A stretch of 64,000 nucleotides of DNA from Octopus vulgaris (GCA_951406725.2 OX597815.1:17112001-17176000); one strand, 5' to 3'; shown: positions 1 through 15,217, counted from the stretch's first letter. Numbers and translations: made by a program. The notes: generated by a model not told the origin, from the letters alone.

Positions 1-1295
1 TAACCAAAAGGTGGAGATGGATTGGCAAAGACAATAATTGCTTTAGACAAAATACATTGTGGGCTGTAAATACATTGTGTGTATATGTGGTGGGAGTAGG
101 TACAGGTTTTTCCGATCTTAGGTCAAATCCTGCCGAAGTTCGCTTTGACTTTCTCGCTTCAAGAGTCGATGGAAAAAATACCAGTTAAAAAGCATTTGAG
201 ATATCTTCTGCCCAAAATTGTAATCTTGTAGTGATAAAAAATATTCCTTTAAAACAAGCCAAAAAAGGTGCACCTATTTGATAACTTAAAGGTCCATGCT
301 GTATGCAGTTATTAAATTTACCATGTGGCACAAGCCCTGATATAAATTCTTGGCAGACAAAGAATAAACTTCTTCAAGAAAGATATGGTGTTGAGCCTTC
401 CTGCTAATATAGTTTTCTTTGTAATTTTTTAAGTAAAAAAACTTCCTCTATCTATCTCGAGGGATTTACCTTTGTTTTGTTTTTTTGTATCTTTCCGAGC
501 TTCCTTCAGTCGTAATTTTCTACCTCGAGCCTTGCTTCTGTTTTTCTTTCTTTGTTTTATGCCGAGGGTTTTATAGCACTTCTCTCCAATTTGCGTGGAT
601 TGTTATGTTTGATTATCTTCGTTTTATTCTCGTAGTTTGAAGGCTAAAAATTTCCCTGTGATCAAGAATTTTTTTTATTGTTTGACTTGTAATTGCTTGT
701 TACAAATCTGAAAACTGCGAATTACGTCTTACTGTTTTCGGGGAATTTTTTTCTGGCACTCTTCGCCTCATTGAAAACTCCGAATTAGGTCTTGCGGCTC
801 CCAGGCTTTACCTTTCTACTACTCCTTACCTAGTCTTTCATTTCCGCTCCATTCGTCACTTTCTTTTAATTGAAATCTTCCATGTGCGTTAAAAATGAAA
901 AAAAACCCAAAAAAACAAACGAATAACAAAATGTAATAAATATGGAAACTACTCAATATTTAAGATAATAAAAAATGGTTTCCTTTGTTTATTATGATAA
1001 AAATAAAACTATTACAGACACAATAACTGGAGTGGAAGCTAAAATTTAATTCAGTGAAAAATTCACAGATCGTTGGTTTTTCCGCCACTATTATTAGAGC
1101 ATAACTCACAATATGAGTGTATATGTATGTGCATGTGCGCGTGCGCGGTCTTGCGTGCTGGTTATTAGCTGTTTGTTCAATGTCTATATTGTTCATACGG
1201 GAATATTTATTTACCTGCATATATAAATTCGATCATACATATCCCTATATTTATTCACACACATCTACACACACGAATATACACGTGTGTGTATA

Positions 1296-1830
<535 letters not shown>

Positions 1831-1839
1831 ATATATATA

Positions 1840-2351
1840 TATATATATATAATACTGTAGTTGTGTGAGTGTCTGTCCCCTTCGATTTAGATTCCTAACT
1901 ACTCCCACATTTTGCGGTGCAGTTTAACCAAATTCGGGTATCTTATAGTCGTGATTCATATCGAGCCCGTCTGAGTATTAGCGCGCGTCTACGATGAGTC
2001 TACGATTTTAAAAATAATTTAACGTCATTTTTTATTCCATTTTAATGTATAATTTTTCGTGTGTCGATGGCGGCGGAGTTGGCGTCCATGGTCACACCTG
2101 CACCTGTTTGCTTCTCCCCCTTCTTCCCTCCCTCGGGAAGCTGTGGGGAAGGGAGTGTAAGGAAATCAACGTCGTAAAGCGTTGTCAAGGAGACCAGCGT
2201 TCTTTTAGAACAACGACTTCATGGCTTGAAGACACCAGAACAGAAATGGCTAAGAAAGCTCGAATTGGCATCTATAATGGAAGTAACTCTCTAAAAATGC
2301 TTATATAGTTATTTCCCTTACAAACCCGAGCAACGCCGGGCGATACTGCTA

Positions 2352-2352
<1 letters not shown>
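1840..2352 (+). mobile_element. Non-autonomous Helitron-like element
   Basis: 3' end CCCGAGCAACGCCGGGCGATACTGCTAG|T (subterminal GC hairpin plus CTAG); homologous to copies at 29752, 53669 and 58206; 5' end lost in (TA)n. Confidence 0.75.
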
Positions 2353-2391
<39 letters not shown>

Positions 2392-2588
2392 CGTATATAG
2401 TAAATATTTAGGTAAAAACTTTGTATTGTGATATGTTATTGAAAGCTCTCCTACAGTTATTGGCTACCGGACATCCTCATACAGTGGAAATGTTCTTTCT
2501 ACTGGATATATATATTAGGAATTCAATAGTATCTGTAAAGTTTATATAAATAGATAATAGAAAATGAATGGACTGACATTCTTCTTTC

Positions 2589-2970
2589 AAAATCACTACA
2601 ATTGTTTCAGTACATATTTACATTCGTAGTACATTGGTGAAATTATATATTAACATATTGTGTAATCACTATCGCCCATGAAATGTACAAGATGCATTTC
2701 TCCTGATGATTGTTTGAAATAAGTCCTCCGTTAGATCATACTGTTGTTTCACACAGTGTGAGGATGGATACTGCTATTTGCAGCAATGTGGTGACAAAAC
2801 TTAAGCGATAGATATAGTAACAGACAAAATATAATTACAACCAAAATGCAAAATAGAGGACCAAAGAAACGCTTCTTGCGCCTTTGATAATGATTACAGA
2901 ATATGTCAATTATATCATCTCACTAATGTAGTGCGAATGTAAAAATGTGTCGAAACAATTGTAGTGATTT
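2589..2970. mobile_element. Penelope-like fragment bounded by about 50-bp inverted repeats
   Basis: 2589-2640 is the reverse complement of 2920-2970; the arm contains GAAACAATTGTAGTGA, the 3' half of a hammerhead motif also seen at 45783. Confidence 0.5.
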
Positions 2971-3015
2971 TAAATATGGAATATTGGTTAAACCACTTTC
3001 TATAATTTATCTGTA

Positions 3016-3066
<51 letters not shown>

Positions 3067-3085
3067 TATATATATATACATATAC

Positions 3086-3120
<35 letters not shown>

Positions 3121-3309
3121 CAGAGAGAGACAGAGAAAGAGAGAGGGTAGAGATACATACAGGCATATATATATATATATATATATGCGCATATATGCCT
3201 GTATGTATATCCTCTCTCTCTACCCTCTCTCTCTCTCTCTGTCTCACTCACTCTCTCTCTCTCTCTCTCTCTCTCTTATATATCTCTCTATATATATATA
3301 TATATATAT

Positions 3310-3775
3310 ATTATTTACATTTGACGGATATATCTTGTATATTGTTAATACAACCTTCCTCAGGTATCTTGGCAAAATTTCGATGTTATTACTATTATTA
3401 TTATTATCATTATTCAGGTCACTGCCTGGAATCGAACTCGGAATCTTGGGGTTAGTAACCCGCGCTCATAACCACTACGACATATACCCGTAGGCAATTA
3501 TGGAGTGACTTTTAGGACTTATAAAACTAATATTTTCCTATCCTTCCTTAATACTGGTTCCCATATGCTACTCATATCTGCACTTGGTCTCCTTAGGAAG
3601 TTGTCATATCCTAACATGCGTGCTGCTTCTTTTAGTTTTCGTATTTTCCAGTGGTGTTCTCTGTCCATTATTTCAGCATCATCCCATAGGGGGACGAGTA
3701 AAGATTCTTGAAGGCAGCAACATACCATGGCTTCTGTTTCAACTGATGAAATCCCATAAAAGTATACGTGCCCAT
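3310..3775 (-). mobile_element. Penelope-like retroelement 3' fragment (C-terminus following the GIY-YIG domain, plus terminal region)
   Basis: ORF 3519-3728(-) LWDDAEIMDREHHWKIRKLKEAARM...IWEPVL resembles the C-terminus of Penelope GIY-YIG proteins (IL.RE....R..KEA); followed by a tRNA-like box, (AAT)n and CTGAGGA. Confidence 0.7.
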
Positions 3776-3777
3776 TG

Positions 3778-3960
3778 TCTTTTACTTGTTTCAGTTATTT
3801 GACTGCGGCCATGATGGGGCACCGCCTTGAAGGGTTTTCGTTGAGCAAAACGACCCCAGCACTTATTTTTTTGAAGGCTTGTACTTAGTCTATTGCTGAA
3901 CTGCTAAGTTATGGGGATATAAACATACCAGCATCGGTTGTCAAGCTGTGCTGGGGGACA
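3778..3960 (-). mobile_element. SINE family A, diverged 3' half
   Basis: TTTTACTTGTTTCAGTTATTTGACTGCGGCCATG matches the reverse complement of the family A tail. Confidence 0.75.
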
Positions 3961-4119
3961 GAGACACACAAACACACATACATAGTTACACACACACACA
4001 CACACAAATCAGTCGCATGCGCGTACACACGCACTTACACATACATATCAGATATCTGCATTCATATATAAATGTCTACATGTATAATATATATGTATAT
4101 ACATAGATATGCACGCATG

Positions 4120-4195
4120 CATGTATGTATGTATGTATGTATGTATGTATGTATGTATGTATGTATGTATGTATGTATGTATGTATGTATGTATG

Positions 4196-4257
<62 letters not shown>

Positions 4258-4454
4258 CCTATGTATGTATGTATGTATGTATGTATGTATGTATGTATGT
4301 ATGTATGTATCTATCTATCTATCTGTCTATGTATGTATGTATGTATGTATGTATGTGTCTATCTATCTATCTATCTATCTACCTATGTATGTATGTATGT
4401 ATGTATGTATCTATGTATCTATCTATCTATCTACCTATGTATGTATGTATCTAT

Positions 4455-4516
<62 letters not shown>

Positions 4517-4536
4517 ATCTATCTATCAATCAATCA

Positions 4537-4583
<47 letters not shown>
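4120..4583. repeat. Compound (ATGT)n/(ATCT)n microsatellite
   Basis: Directly visible tetranucleotide arrays. Confidence 0.98.
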
Positions 4584-5889
4584 AATCATTTGCTGTCAAC
4601 ACCCGTTAAAAGGAGGACTGGGCATGCCGTGGTTGATGATGCGCAGATACGCGCTGAGACTGCGACATATCTGGCTCTATGTAGACGACGGTGAACAGGT
4701 GTGGTCGCCGTTTGTGAGGCACGCTTTCCCGCAGCTCGTCTCCATGACCGAACTGCAGTCGTGGATCAAAAAGAGGCCGAGGAAGGGCGAATGGCACCGC
4801 GAGTGTCGCGTTGCTCTCAAGCAACTCTGCCGTCCTGGGTCGACCTTAAGTGACTTCAACACAACCAAAGCATTCTATAGGGGTTTAGTGGAGGGGAGGT
4901 ACGACGACGAGCTCGGGGCGAACCTGGACGTCGACGAGGAGTACCTGACCCGCCTGTTCAGGACGACTTTCGGGCCAGGGCCCATGGACAACTTCCAGAG
5001 ATCCCTGGCCTGGCAGTGCTACCGAGAAGCGCTACCCGTTCGGGATAAGCTCTACAGACACGGCTCGAGAAACACGGGGCCGACCTGCCCGAGATGCGGT
5101 CAGAGCGACGAAACCGTTCTGCACGCACTCGTTCAGTGTCCAACAATTTCCGACCTGTGGGCTTATGTCGAACAACTGCTGTCACGTGTGGGACGAGTCG
5201 GTTTATCAGCTGAGTCTATCGTCAATATTGTCACGCCTCCTTCCTTCAAACGGGAAGGAAGAGCTATTTTCATCATCCTTGTGGCTATGGCGAAAGAATG
5301 TATCTGGTGGACGCGTCTGAAAGGATTGGAGACAAACACTTTCCTCTCTGGTCAATCTCTCATCAACTTCTTCAAGTACCACTTGAAAAGGAAAGTGAGA
5401 GTAGAGAGGCAAGTTTTGTCTAGCGAATGTTTTAAAAAAAAGATGGGTGAATGTAGCAAGAATGGCACGTATGAATGACGAAGCCACCTTGAGCATAATC
5501 CTATGAACCCAGAAATTGAAAACAGAGATTTGCTTATTTGCAAAAAAAAAAAAAAAAAAAAGAAAAGAAATATAAAATGTGACTTCATTGACCGAGGTTA
5601 CCGTGGTCTTTTCCGTAGGCTTTTCTTTCCACGGGTAAACCTCACCTGTCCTCCCCTTTACACTTCATATTGACATTTCTGTGATAACGATCCCTATTGA
5701 TCAATTTTTTTCCTCTCCCCCTTTTTTTAACCCCCCCTTTTTTGTCCTCTTTCTCTCCTTTTACGATCCCTTTTGATCGAAACTCCCCCCTTTCCTTTTT
5801 TTCTTTTTTTTTTTAAACCTTCAAAAGAAAAGCTCTACCTTGTAATTTGTTCTATCTGTGTGCAGCCCTGTGTGGCTAATAAAGAAACA
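4584..5889 (+). mobile_element. Tx1/L1-clade LINE, 5'-truncated (ORF2 C-terminus plus 3'UTR), within (ATCT)n
   Basis: Translated CCQHPLKGGLGMP (post-RT GGLG motif), LPVRDKL, CPRC-x4-ETVLHALVQC (zf-RVT) and IWWTR; pyrimidine-rich 3'UTR ending AATAAAGAAAC. Confidence 0.9.
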
Positions 5890-6470
<581 letters not shown>

Positions 6471-7787
6471 TACATATCTATGTATATACATATGTACATT
6501 TATAAATATGTAGGTGCTGGCGATAAGAGTAAAACAAATGATGGGGGAAAAGGTGAAGGTTTTTTGATAGAGGAAATAATTCTGTGTTGAAAGAGAAGAT
6601 TAAGGCCGAGAAACTGTTGGGTTTGCAGAAAAATATATAGAGATTTACAATAGGATTGCTGCAATGTGCTTACTGTCACTTTGGAAGTAGGATAGCACAA
6701 CACAGATGTAGTTAGGTGATAAGTAGCTTAAAAGGCAGTCTGATAGCGGTCGGGATGAGTGTGGATGGATAGGTGTTTGTATATGGGAATGGAAATACAC
6801 GCACACTTTATACTATACATACATACATACATACATACATACGTACGTACATAGGTACATACATACATACATATACATACATACATACATACATACATAA
6901 ATATATATATATATATATATATGTATACACGCATGTGTATATATATACGTTATTGGGCGAGATTATATATATATATATATGTATATACGTAAATACATAC
7001 ATATACATACACACACATATATATATATACATGCATATACATATGTATATATATATATACGTAAATACATACATATACATACACAAACACACATATATAT
7101 ACATGTATACACACATATGTATATATATATTTATATATATATAGTAAAAGAGAGAGAAGTCCATAGAGAGATTGATAGGTAGATAATTGTTAATACATAC
7201 ATACATACATACGTATATATATATTTGTATATCTCTACATATATGCGTGTGTGTATATGTGCGTGTGTATACATGTGTATGCGTGTGTGTATGTTTATAA
7301 GTGTATGTCTGCGTATGTCTTAGCATTGATCATAACCCTAGAGTGCGTCACGTGAATGTAAAAAAATGGTTGTGTGTTGTGGCATCGTTGATTATATAGT
7401 AAGGTGTGATGTGTGCAACTACGCGTGTGTTCGTGTGTGCGTGCAGGAGTATTTGTGTGTGTTTGTGTATGTATGTATGTATGTATTCGTGTGTAGATTG
7501 AAATTCTGAGTTGTTGATGAAAGAATGAACAACATAACGGTTCTTAAAGATGTTATAAATACAGACCATTATTTGTTAAAAGCGACATTTTGATATACGA
7601 AAGCGAAAACTAGAAAAAAAACCCGGCTATTTACCTGTTACTTTGTTCTGGTTCAGGGCATCAAGAAAGTTTACTTCTTGAAAATATTATCATATCAAAG
7701 ACTTATGATTAAAGTTGCAAACTGTACATTGCTATATGATGTAACCATTCTTTTGACGCTTCTGTTTCTCACCCTTCTTTATTGCAG

Positions 7788-7868
7788 ACTTCCAGCCATT
7801 AATCTTTTAGCGACTGCCGAATCAACACGGGCCTTGGAAATAATGCAGATTTTAAAACATATATCAAA
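7788..7868 (+). CDS. Candidate 81-bp internal exon of an unidentified host gene (LPAINLLATAESTRALEIMQILKHIS)
   Basis: Polypyrimidine tract plus TTGCAG acceptor, GTAAAT donor, length divisible by 3, open frame, non-repetitive sequence; no homology recognised. Confidence 0.3.
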
Positions 7869-9379
7869 GTAAATGTATCAACGATATTTCTAACATTAGC
7901 ACAATATTTAAACAATTCAGAGACATTTATGTACTTAAAAAATAAACCAGAAACTAACTGTATGAAATTATTTAAGATAGGCTTATGTAAAATATTGTCT
8001 CTCTCTTTGTTTTTCACACATAATAGTTCAGGTAAGCAAAATTAGCTTCAATATGAAGTTTCTAACAATGCATTACAATTATCTAGACGAAATATATGTT
8101 AACTTTTGCAAGAAAAAATATAAAATAACTGACGGAATTTAGAGACAATTCAGTATAGAAAATCAAGGAAACTCTAGCAGCACTCTTCTTTGAGTTTAAT
8201 AACAAATCAACAAATGGAACGTTTATGAGGTCACTCGACCTACTAGAGTAGTAACTATATCGTTCCGAAATTACAACCTACTGCCTTAAAAAAATACACA
8301 ATGTGTTTCTACGTGCAGCGGTGTTTGTAAAAAATAGTCAAGGCCGCAACCTTTTCATCATAGGTTGATGTCTCACCGAGATCTAAACAACAGAAGTAAT
8401 ATAACCTTAGGGACCGGGGTAGGTCATGGGGCCTAAATGCAAGCTATGTATTATTAATGCTGTAAGATAACAATGATCCCATTATATCGACTCATATTAT
8501 GCTTAACATATTTTGGTTTGATCTTCTGAAGCTGACGAAAAAGCCCTGGGGAACCGAAACTGTGTAACCTCATCGGAGGAACATTTTTTCTTAGATGGAA
8601 TAGACATTTAATATTTTAATACCATAATCTTATCTTTTCCTGTTGTGTTTTAGCATAGACGGGTTTGCTCCAAGCAGTCAACCTTGGTATCTGGTCGTAG
8701 AATAGCTTCGCCACTTCTCGGAGATTCTAAAAACTCTTCTTCCTCTGACTAAAAGATGAAACGATCTAAACCATGTTTCAGCGAGAATAAATCCAAACGG
8801 ATATGAACCCATATATTTTGCAAATTTATAACCCGCGTTGCATTGGTAGAGCGATGAAAGGGATCAATAGATATTCAACAAGACAATCATATTCATAGGA
8901 GACACATCTTTTAATGAAATTAAGACCAACCATCGTTCTGCAGAGTACTCATTGGTAAGTGACTGGTTTTGTTTTACTTATTATAAATTCTGCTACAATA
9001 CTTAAAAGGATCTAAGTATGCAAGAAATAACTACACAACTGATGACTAATATCAACTAATACCATTCGTTCATTTTTTCGGCAAACAAGGGAGACAACAC
9101 TACACATGTTTCTGAGCATATTTATTAGCAAAGAATAGCGTTCATATAACTTTATTATATTAGTTGTTGCCGTATCATGAAGTAAATGCAAAGAAGTGAA
9201 CATTTGTTGACGTAGGAATATAGAATCGTTTAGAAATTAACCCTTTCAACAACGCATTTCTAATGAAATACAGTGGTTGTTTCAATTAATCTTAAAAACA
9301 CTTAAGAATAAAACTAGCTTTATCATTATTAAGTTGGTATTTGGGCCTCAACTGAACTTAAAAGATCTTACATATAACT

Positions 9380-9603
9380 GCGAGCCGCAGAACCGTTAGC
9401 ACGACAGGAAAAATGCGTAGCGGTATTTCGTCCGCCGCTACGTTCTGAGTACAAATTCCGCCGAGGCCGACTTTACCGTTCATCCTTTCGGGGTCGATTA
9501 AATAAGTACTAGTTACGCACTGAGGTTGATATAATACTTAATCCCTCTGTCTGTCCTTGTTTGTCCTCTCTGTGTTAGCCCCTTGTGGGTAGTAAAGAAA
9601 TAG
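9380..9603 (+). mobile_element. SINE family B (Deu/Nin-like domain)
   Basis: GCCTTTCATCCTTTCGGGGTCGATAAA..AAGTACCAG-type central domain; TSD AGAT(C/T)TTACATATAACT on both sides. Confidence 0.88.
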
Positions 9604-9834
9604 ATTTTACATATAACTTATAATAAGTTATACATTTCAACACCTTAAAATGAGAGGTTTTGCGTATCATTAAATGAATATATCACGTAATGCGTTGTTC
9701 CTTTCTCTTTCTTTTTAAAGATAGTGATGTGCTATTTGGTGGTGGGGTGGAATTAGTTGCTATATTCAACAGGCTGTGTGAATAGAGTAGAAACTGCAAC
9801 GGTGGTGCTGTTGTTCATGTTGTCAACCCAGATC

Positions 9835-9930
9835 ATAACACTCCACATAACACCGCACATAACACCTGTACTCTAAGATGTTTTCTACCATCTTTTCTAG
9901 GTCCTCCTCTGCGACCTGTACCATCATGAT
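9835..9930 (-). mobile_element. Fragment of the ORF1-only element seen at 12315-13697
   Basis: Near-identical to about 13208-13313. Confidence 0.8.
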
Positions 9931-10189
9931 CAAGGGTACTCCGGACCTAACCGCACAGTTTTTTTTCCCAAATGCAGAAAATCTAGGACCCAGTTCCTCG
10001 ACGACTCGTTTTCTAGCAAGATAGGGTGTAGTTTGAGGGAGACTTGGCAGCTATTTCTTGCGAGTCGAATGATTTTGGTCCCTGACTGTGTAGTCTAAGG
10101 TGCTGGACGCAAGGTTATCTTCATTGGTGTTGTATAAAGTGTAGTCGGGCAACAATAGACTTACGACGACTATATCACACGCACGTATA

Positions 10190-11320
<1,131 letters not shown>

Positions 11321-11990
11321 ACCCAAATTGATAAATAAAAGGATAGATAAGAAAAAAAAAAGTAGGCAAGGACCATAATTACAAAGAATATGTGAAAGAT
11401 TTGGTGTAAAAATGTTATATTGTAGATATTCCAGAACTGTATTGCATTGCTATTTTCATGACTACAGAAAATTATATATAGTAAATTATATATTCTAAAA
11501 TATATATTGTAAATTATATAGCTTCCCCAATAGAGTTTTAGTTTTTGATTGCGTCTAATATATTACTGTACGTAATATTGTTTCATTGACAAGCTTTGAT
11601 CTATATTTTGTTATCATCAGTTGCGTGTACATATTTTCATTTCTTTCTAATTTAATATCAATTTTTATCAACATGATAATATAACACTTTGTGACAATAT
11701 TCCATGAAAAACAAAAAAAATTTAAATACTTACTACTTTTGAAGATTAATTGTCTCGTTATGTAAGTAAAAAAAAAATCAAAATCAAAACTGTACGGGAT
11801 TGCGTTATGCGTAATTATACATAATTCTATTCCAATTTAGCTATCCAGACATTTTAATATTTTTAGTATACAATATTTATGCGTACACGCACGCACGCGT
11901 ACACAGTGTACACCTAAACACCCGCACACATACACATGCACATCAATGTATACGTGTATGAATATATACTAATATATACTATGTATGTAT

Positions 11991-12314
11991 TCTTTTATTC
12001 TTTTACTTGTTTCAGTCACTTGACTGGGGCCATACTGGAGCACCGCCTTTAGTCGAGCACATCGACCCAAGGACTTATTCTTTATAAGCCAAGTATTTAT
12101 TCTATCAGCCTCTTTTATTGAACCGCTAAGTTACGGGTACGTAAACACCTCAACATCGGTTGTCAAGCGATGGTGGTGGGGCTTCTTTCAGTTTCCGTCT
12201 ACCAAATCCACTCACAAGGTTTTGCTCTGCCCGGGGCTATAGTAGAAGACGCTTGCCCCATGTACCACACAGTGGGACTGAATCCGGAACCATGTGGTTG
12301 GGAAGCAAGCTTCT
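11991..12314 (-). mobile_element. SINE family A, head truncated at the junction with the adjacent element
   Basis: Reverse complement of the family A body and tail; ends at GGAAGCAAGCTTCTT. Confidence 0.85.
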
Positions 12315-13697
12315 TTATTTCAAGAAATTGGCCATAAAGACCTCACTAGATGGGACAGCACAAGATGGGGACAAAAAAAAACCCCAATGAAATGAAATGA
12401 AATAAAATGAAATTATACAATGAAAGATGAAATGAAGTCGCTCGGCCGCACCCCCGGGCGACTTCATTGAAGCATTTACAAAGCCATTTGAATTTCCATT
12501 TGCAACTAACTTTGGAATACACTTATTTATATTTTACAATAATTGAAGCCCCATCTTTTTTCAAAATGTGTATATTATATTTCTTTAAAATGTCCACCTA
12601 CCTTATTCTTTCTGGCATTGTGCTGCTGTCTATTTTTTTGTACCACCACCCGCAGTCATAGTTTTCCATGTACTCATGTACCTTCAACAGGTTCTCTTGG
12701 TCCGTTCGCACGCAATAATCGTTCTCGGGCTAACCTTTTACACCTGCTATATCCACCTTGACTATTCCGTCCCACGATTTACTTCGTTATCCAATTCTTC
12801 AATCTGTCCATTGTACATTAATACGAATTTTTCATTACAGGGTGGGGGTGGGTAGCTTTGAGGCTCCTGTGTGTTTGCAATTGCTTTTTGTCAGTCTGGG
12901 CATGGGGCGGGTTTGTGTATGTAGGGAGTGGTTGGGGAAGAGTGGGTGTAGGTGAGGGCCGTGTGGGTGTGGTCGGGGGTCATTTTTTACCATGTGTGTC
13001 TTTTTCCCCCTCTTCCTGCTCATTTTCTCCACCATTTCCCAACTGGTATTTGATTCTTCCTCCTTCTCGACACTGGTGCCTGTCTTCTGTGGTTCTCCGT
13101 TACTTACTTCTTCATCCATGGGCTGTGGAGCATTTATCCCTCTTTCACCCTCCTCAGCCCTTTCCAATAGTGGAGGGCATTCCGTTCTAATGTGGTCCTT
13201 CAGGCCACATAACACCGCTCATAACACCTCCCATAATACCGCACGTAACACCTGCACTCTAAGATGTTTTCTACCATCCTTTCTAGGTCCTCCTCCGCGA
13301 CCTGTACCATCATTTCCAAGGTTTATCAACTCCAATCCCTTTAGGGAGTTCTAGTGCCCTGCAGGATCACCACCTTCTCCTCCATGCCCAGCAGCACGGC
13401 AGCCACCAACCAGGCTACATTTACTTCCGGTGGTATGTCCTCCACCCGAACCCTGGTGGTCCGTCTCCCAAGATACACAGGTAGCAATACCACCTCATCC
13501 GTTTTCAACGGTGTGGCCGAGTACAGTTTAGCAGTTGCTATCTCTTTAAACTACACCTCCATCGTTCCATATTTTCGTCCTCTGGCAAGGTAAGATATCT
13601 CCTGCCAGACTGACCTCAGTGCCTTTTCCACATGTGCCTCCGACACTACTTCAATTTTCCTTGCTACTGTGGCGTAAGTTCTATAAACAACAGTCCT
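12315..13697 (-). mobile_element. Decayed L1/Tx1-type ORF1 with 3'UTR and no ORF2 (HAL1-like)
   Basis: Minus-strand reading RTVVYRTY...PVYLGRRTTRVRVEDIPPEVNVAWL... then frameshifted CY(V)CGLKDHIRTEC (CX2CX4HX4C knuckle), a low-complexity tail, a hairpin, a T-rich UTR and an AATAAAG end. Confidence 0.7.
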
Positions 13698-13866
13698 TTC
13701 TTATTTCTTTACTGCCCACAAGGGGCTACACACAGAGGGAACAAACAAGGACAGACAAACAGATTAAGTCGATTATATCGACCCCAGAGCGTAACTGGTA
13801 CTTATTTAATAGACCCCGAAAGGATGAAAGGCAAAGTCGACCTCGGTGGAATTTGAACTCAGAACG
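13698..13866 (-). mobile_element. SINE family B, 5'-truncated
   Basis: Reverse complement of the family B body and tail. Confidence 0.85.
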
Positions 13867-14075
13867 TTGTGCCATTTACTGGTTCCAGCAAAATACATCT
13901 GTAAACAAGTTGACATTTATACGAAAATAACAACGAAACAAACCCACCAACAAACCTGTATTCCAGCCTCAAAGATCAACATTCGACCACGGCAAAAATA
14001 GTAAGAATATCATTGGATAATAATTGAATATTTACAGATTCATAGGTATAAGAATATATATATATATATATGTAT

Positions 14076-14299
14076 ACTCTTTTACTCTCTTTTACTTGTT
14101 TCAGTCATTTTGACTGTGGCCATGCTGGAGCACCGTCTTCAGTCGAGCAAATCGATCCCAGGACTTATTCTTTGTAAGCCCAGTACTTATTCTATCGGTC
14201 TCTTTTTGCCGAACCGCTAGGTGACGGGGACGTAAACACACCAGCATCGGTTGTCAAGCAATGCAAGAGGGACAAACACAGACACACAAACAGACACAC

Positions 14300-14369
<70 letters not shown>

Positions 14370-14530
14370 TTACGACAGGCTTCTTTCAGTTTCCGTCTAT
14401 CAAATCCACTCACAAGGTCGACCTGGGGCTATAGCAGATGACACTTGCCCAAGATGCCACACAGTGGGACTGAACCCGGAACCATGTGGCTGGTTAGCAA
14501 GCTACTTACCACACAGCCACTCCTGCGCCT
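14076..14530 (-). mobile_element. SINE family A, full length
   Basis: Tail CTCTTTTACT repeats through to head CCACTCCTGCGCC. Confidence 0.9.
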
Positions 14531-14539
14531 ATATATATA

Positions 14540-14895
14540 TTCTTTCATTTGTTTCAGTCATTTGACTGCGGCCATGCTGGAGCACCGCTGTTTAGTCAGA
14601 CAAATTGACCACAGGACTTATTCTTTGTAAGCTTAGTACTTATTCTATCAGTCTCTTTTGTCAAACCGCTAAGTTATGGGGACGTAAACACACCAACATC
14701 AGTTGTTAAGTGATGGTGGTGGTGGGGGGACAAAGCATGACAGGCTTCTTTCAGTTTCTGTAAACCAAATCCACTCACATGGCTTTGATCGACCAGAGGC
14801 TATACTAGAAGACATTTGCCCAAGGTGCCAGGCAGTGGGACTGAACTCAGAACCGTGTGTTTGGTAAGCAAGCTTCTTACCACACAGCCACTCCT

Positions 14896-14899
<4 letters not shown>
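14540..14899 (-). mobile_element. SINE family A, second adjacent and more diverged copy
   Basis: Same layout, lacking the internal microsatellite. Confidence 0.85.
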
Positions 14900-14935
<36 letters not shown>

Positions 14936-14950
14936 TTTATTTTATAGAAG

Positions 14951-15003
14951 AAGCTTCTACAGGACTAGAACGGTTTCATTCAAATGAAATCTTCAGGAAG
15001 CTT
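14951..15003 (-). ncRNA. Type-I hammerhead ribozyme motif in a Penelope-like terminal fragment
   Basis: Minus strand: AAGCUUC CUGAAGA UUUCAUUUGAAU GAAAC CGUUCUAGUCCU GUA GAAGCUU; 7-bp stem I, intact core boxes, weak stems II and III. Confidence 0.6.
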
Positions 15004-15217
15004 GCTGTCAAAATCAGTTTTGGCATTTATACATTTAGGCAGATTTAATGGGGTGGTGGTGGGGGACTTTTTTGGGTAAGCAGGGCACAAATTATCTTTC
15101 TTAGGGGAGTGGTCAAAAGAATCAGTGATAAAGTAGATAAATGAATAAATAGAATAATAGAATAGAGTTTTAGGTAAATAAGAAAACTATCGCTTATATA
15201 TATATATACACATATAC

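Noticed and set aside
300-900. Purine-skewed minus-strand region resembling a decayed ORF
   Set aside because: Many stops and no recognisable motif
2700-2730. CTGATGA...GAAA hammerhead candidate
   Set aside because: No convincing stem I or stem II
4072-5478. 468-aa ORF as a host gene
   Set aside because: It is a stop-free ATGT/ATCT microsatellite fused in frame to a truncated LINE ORF2
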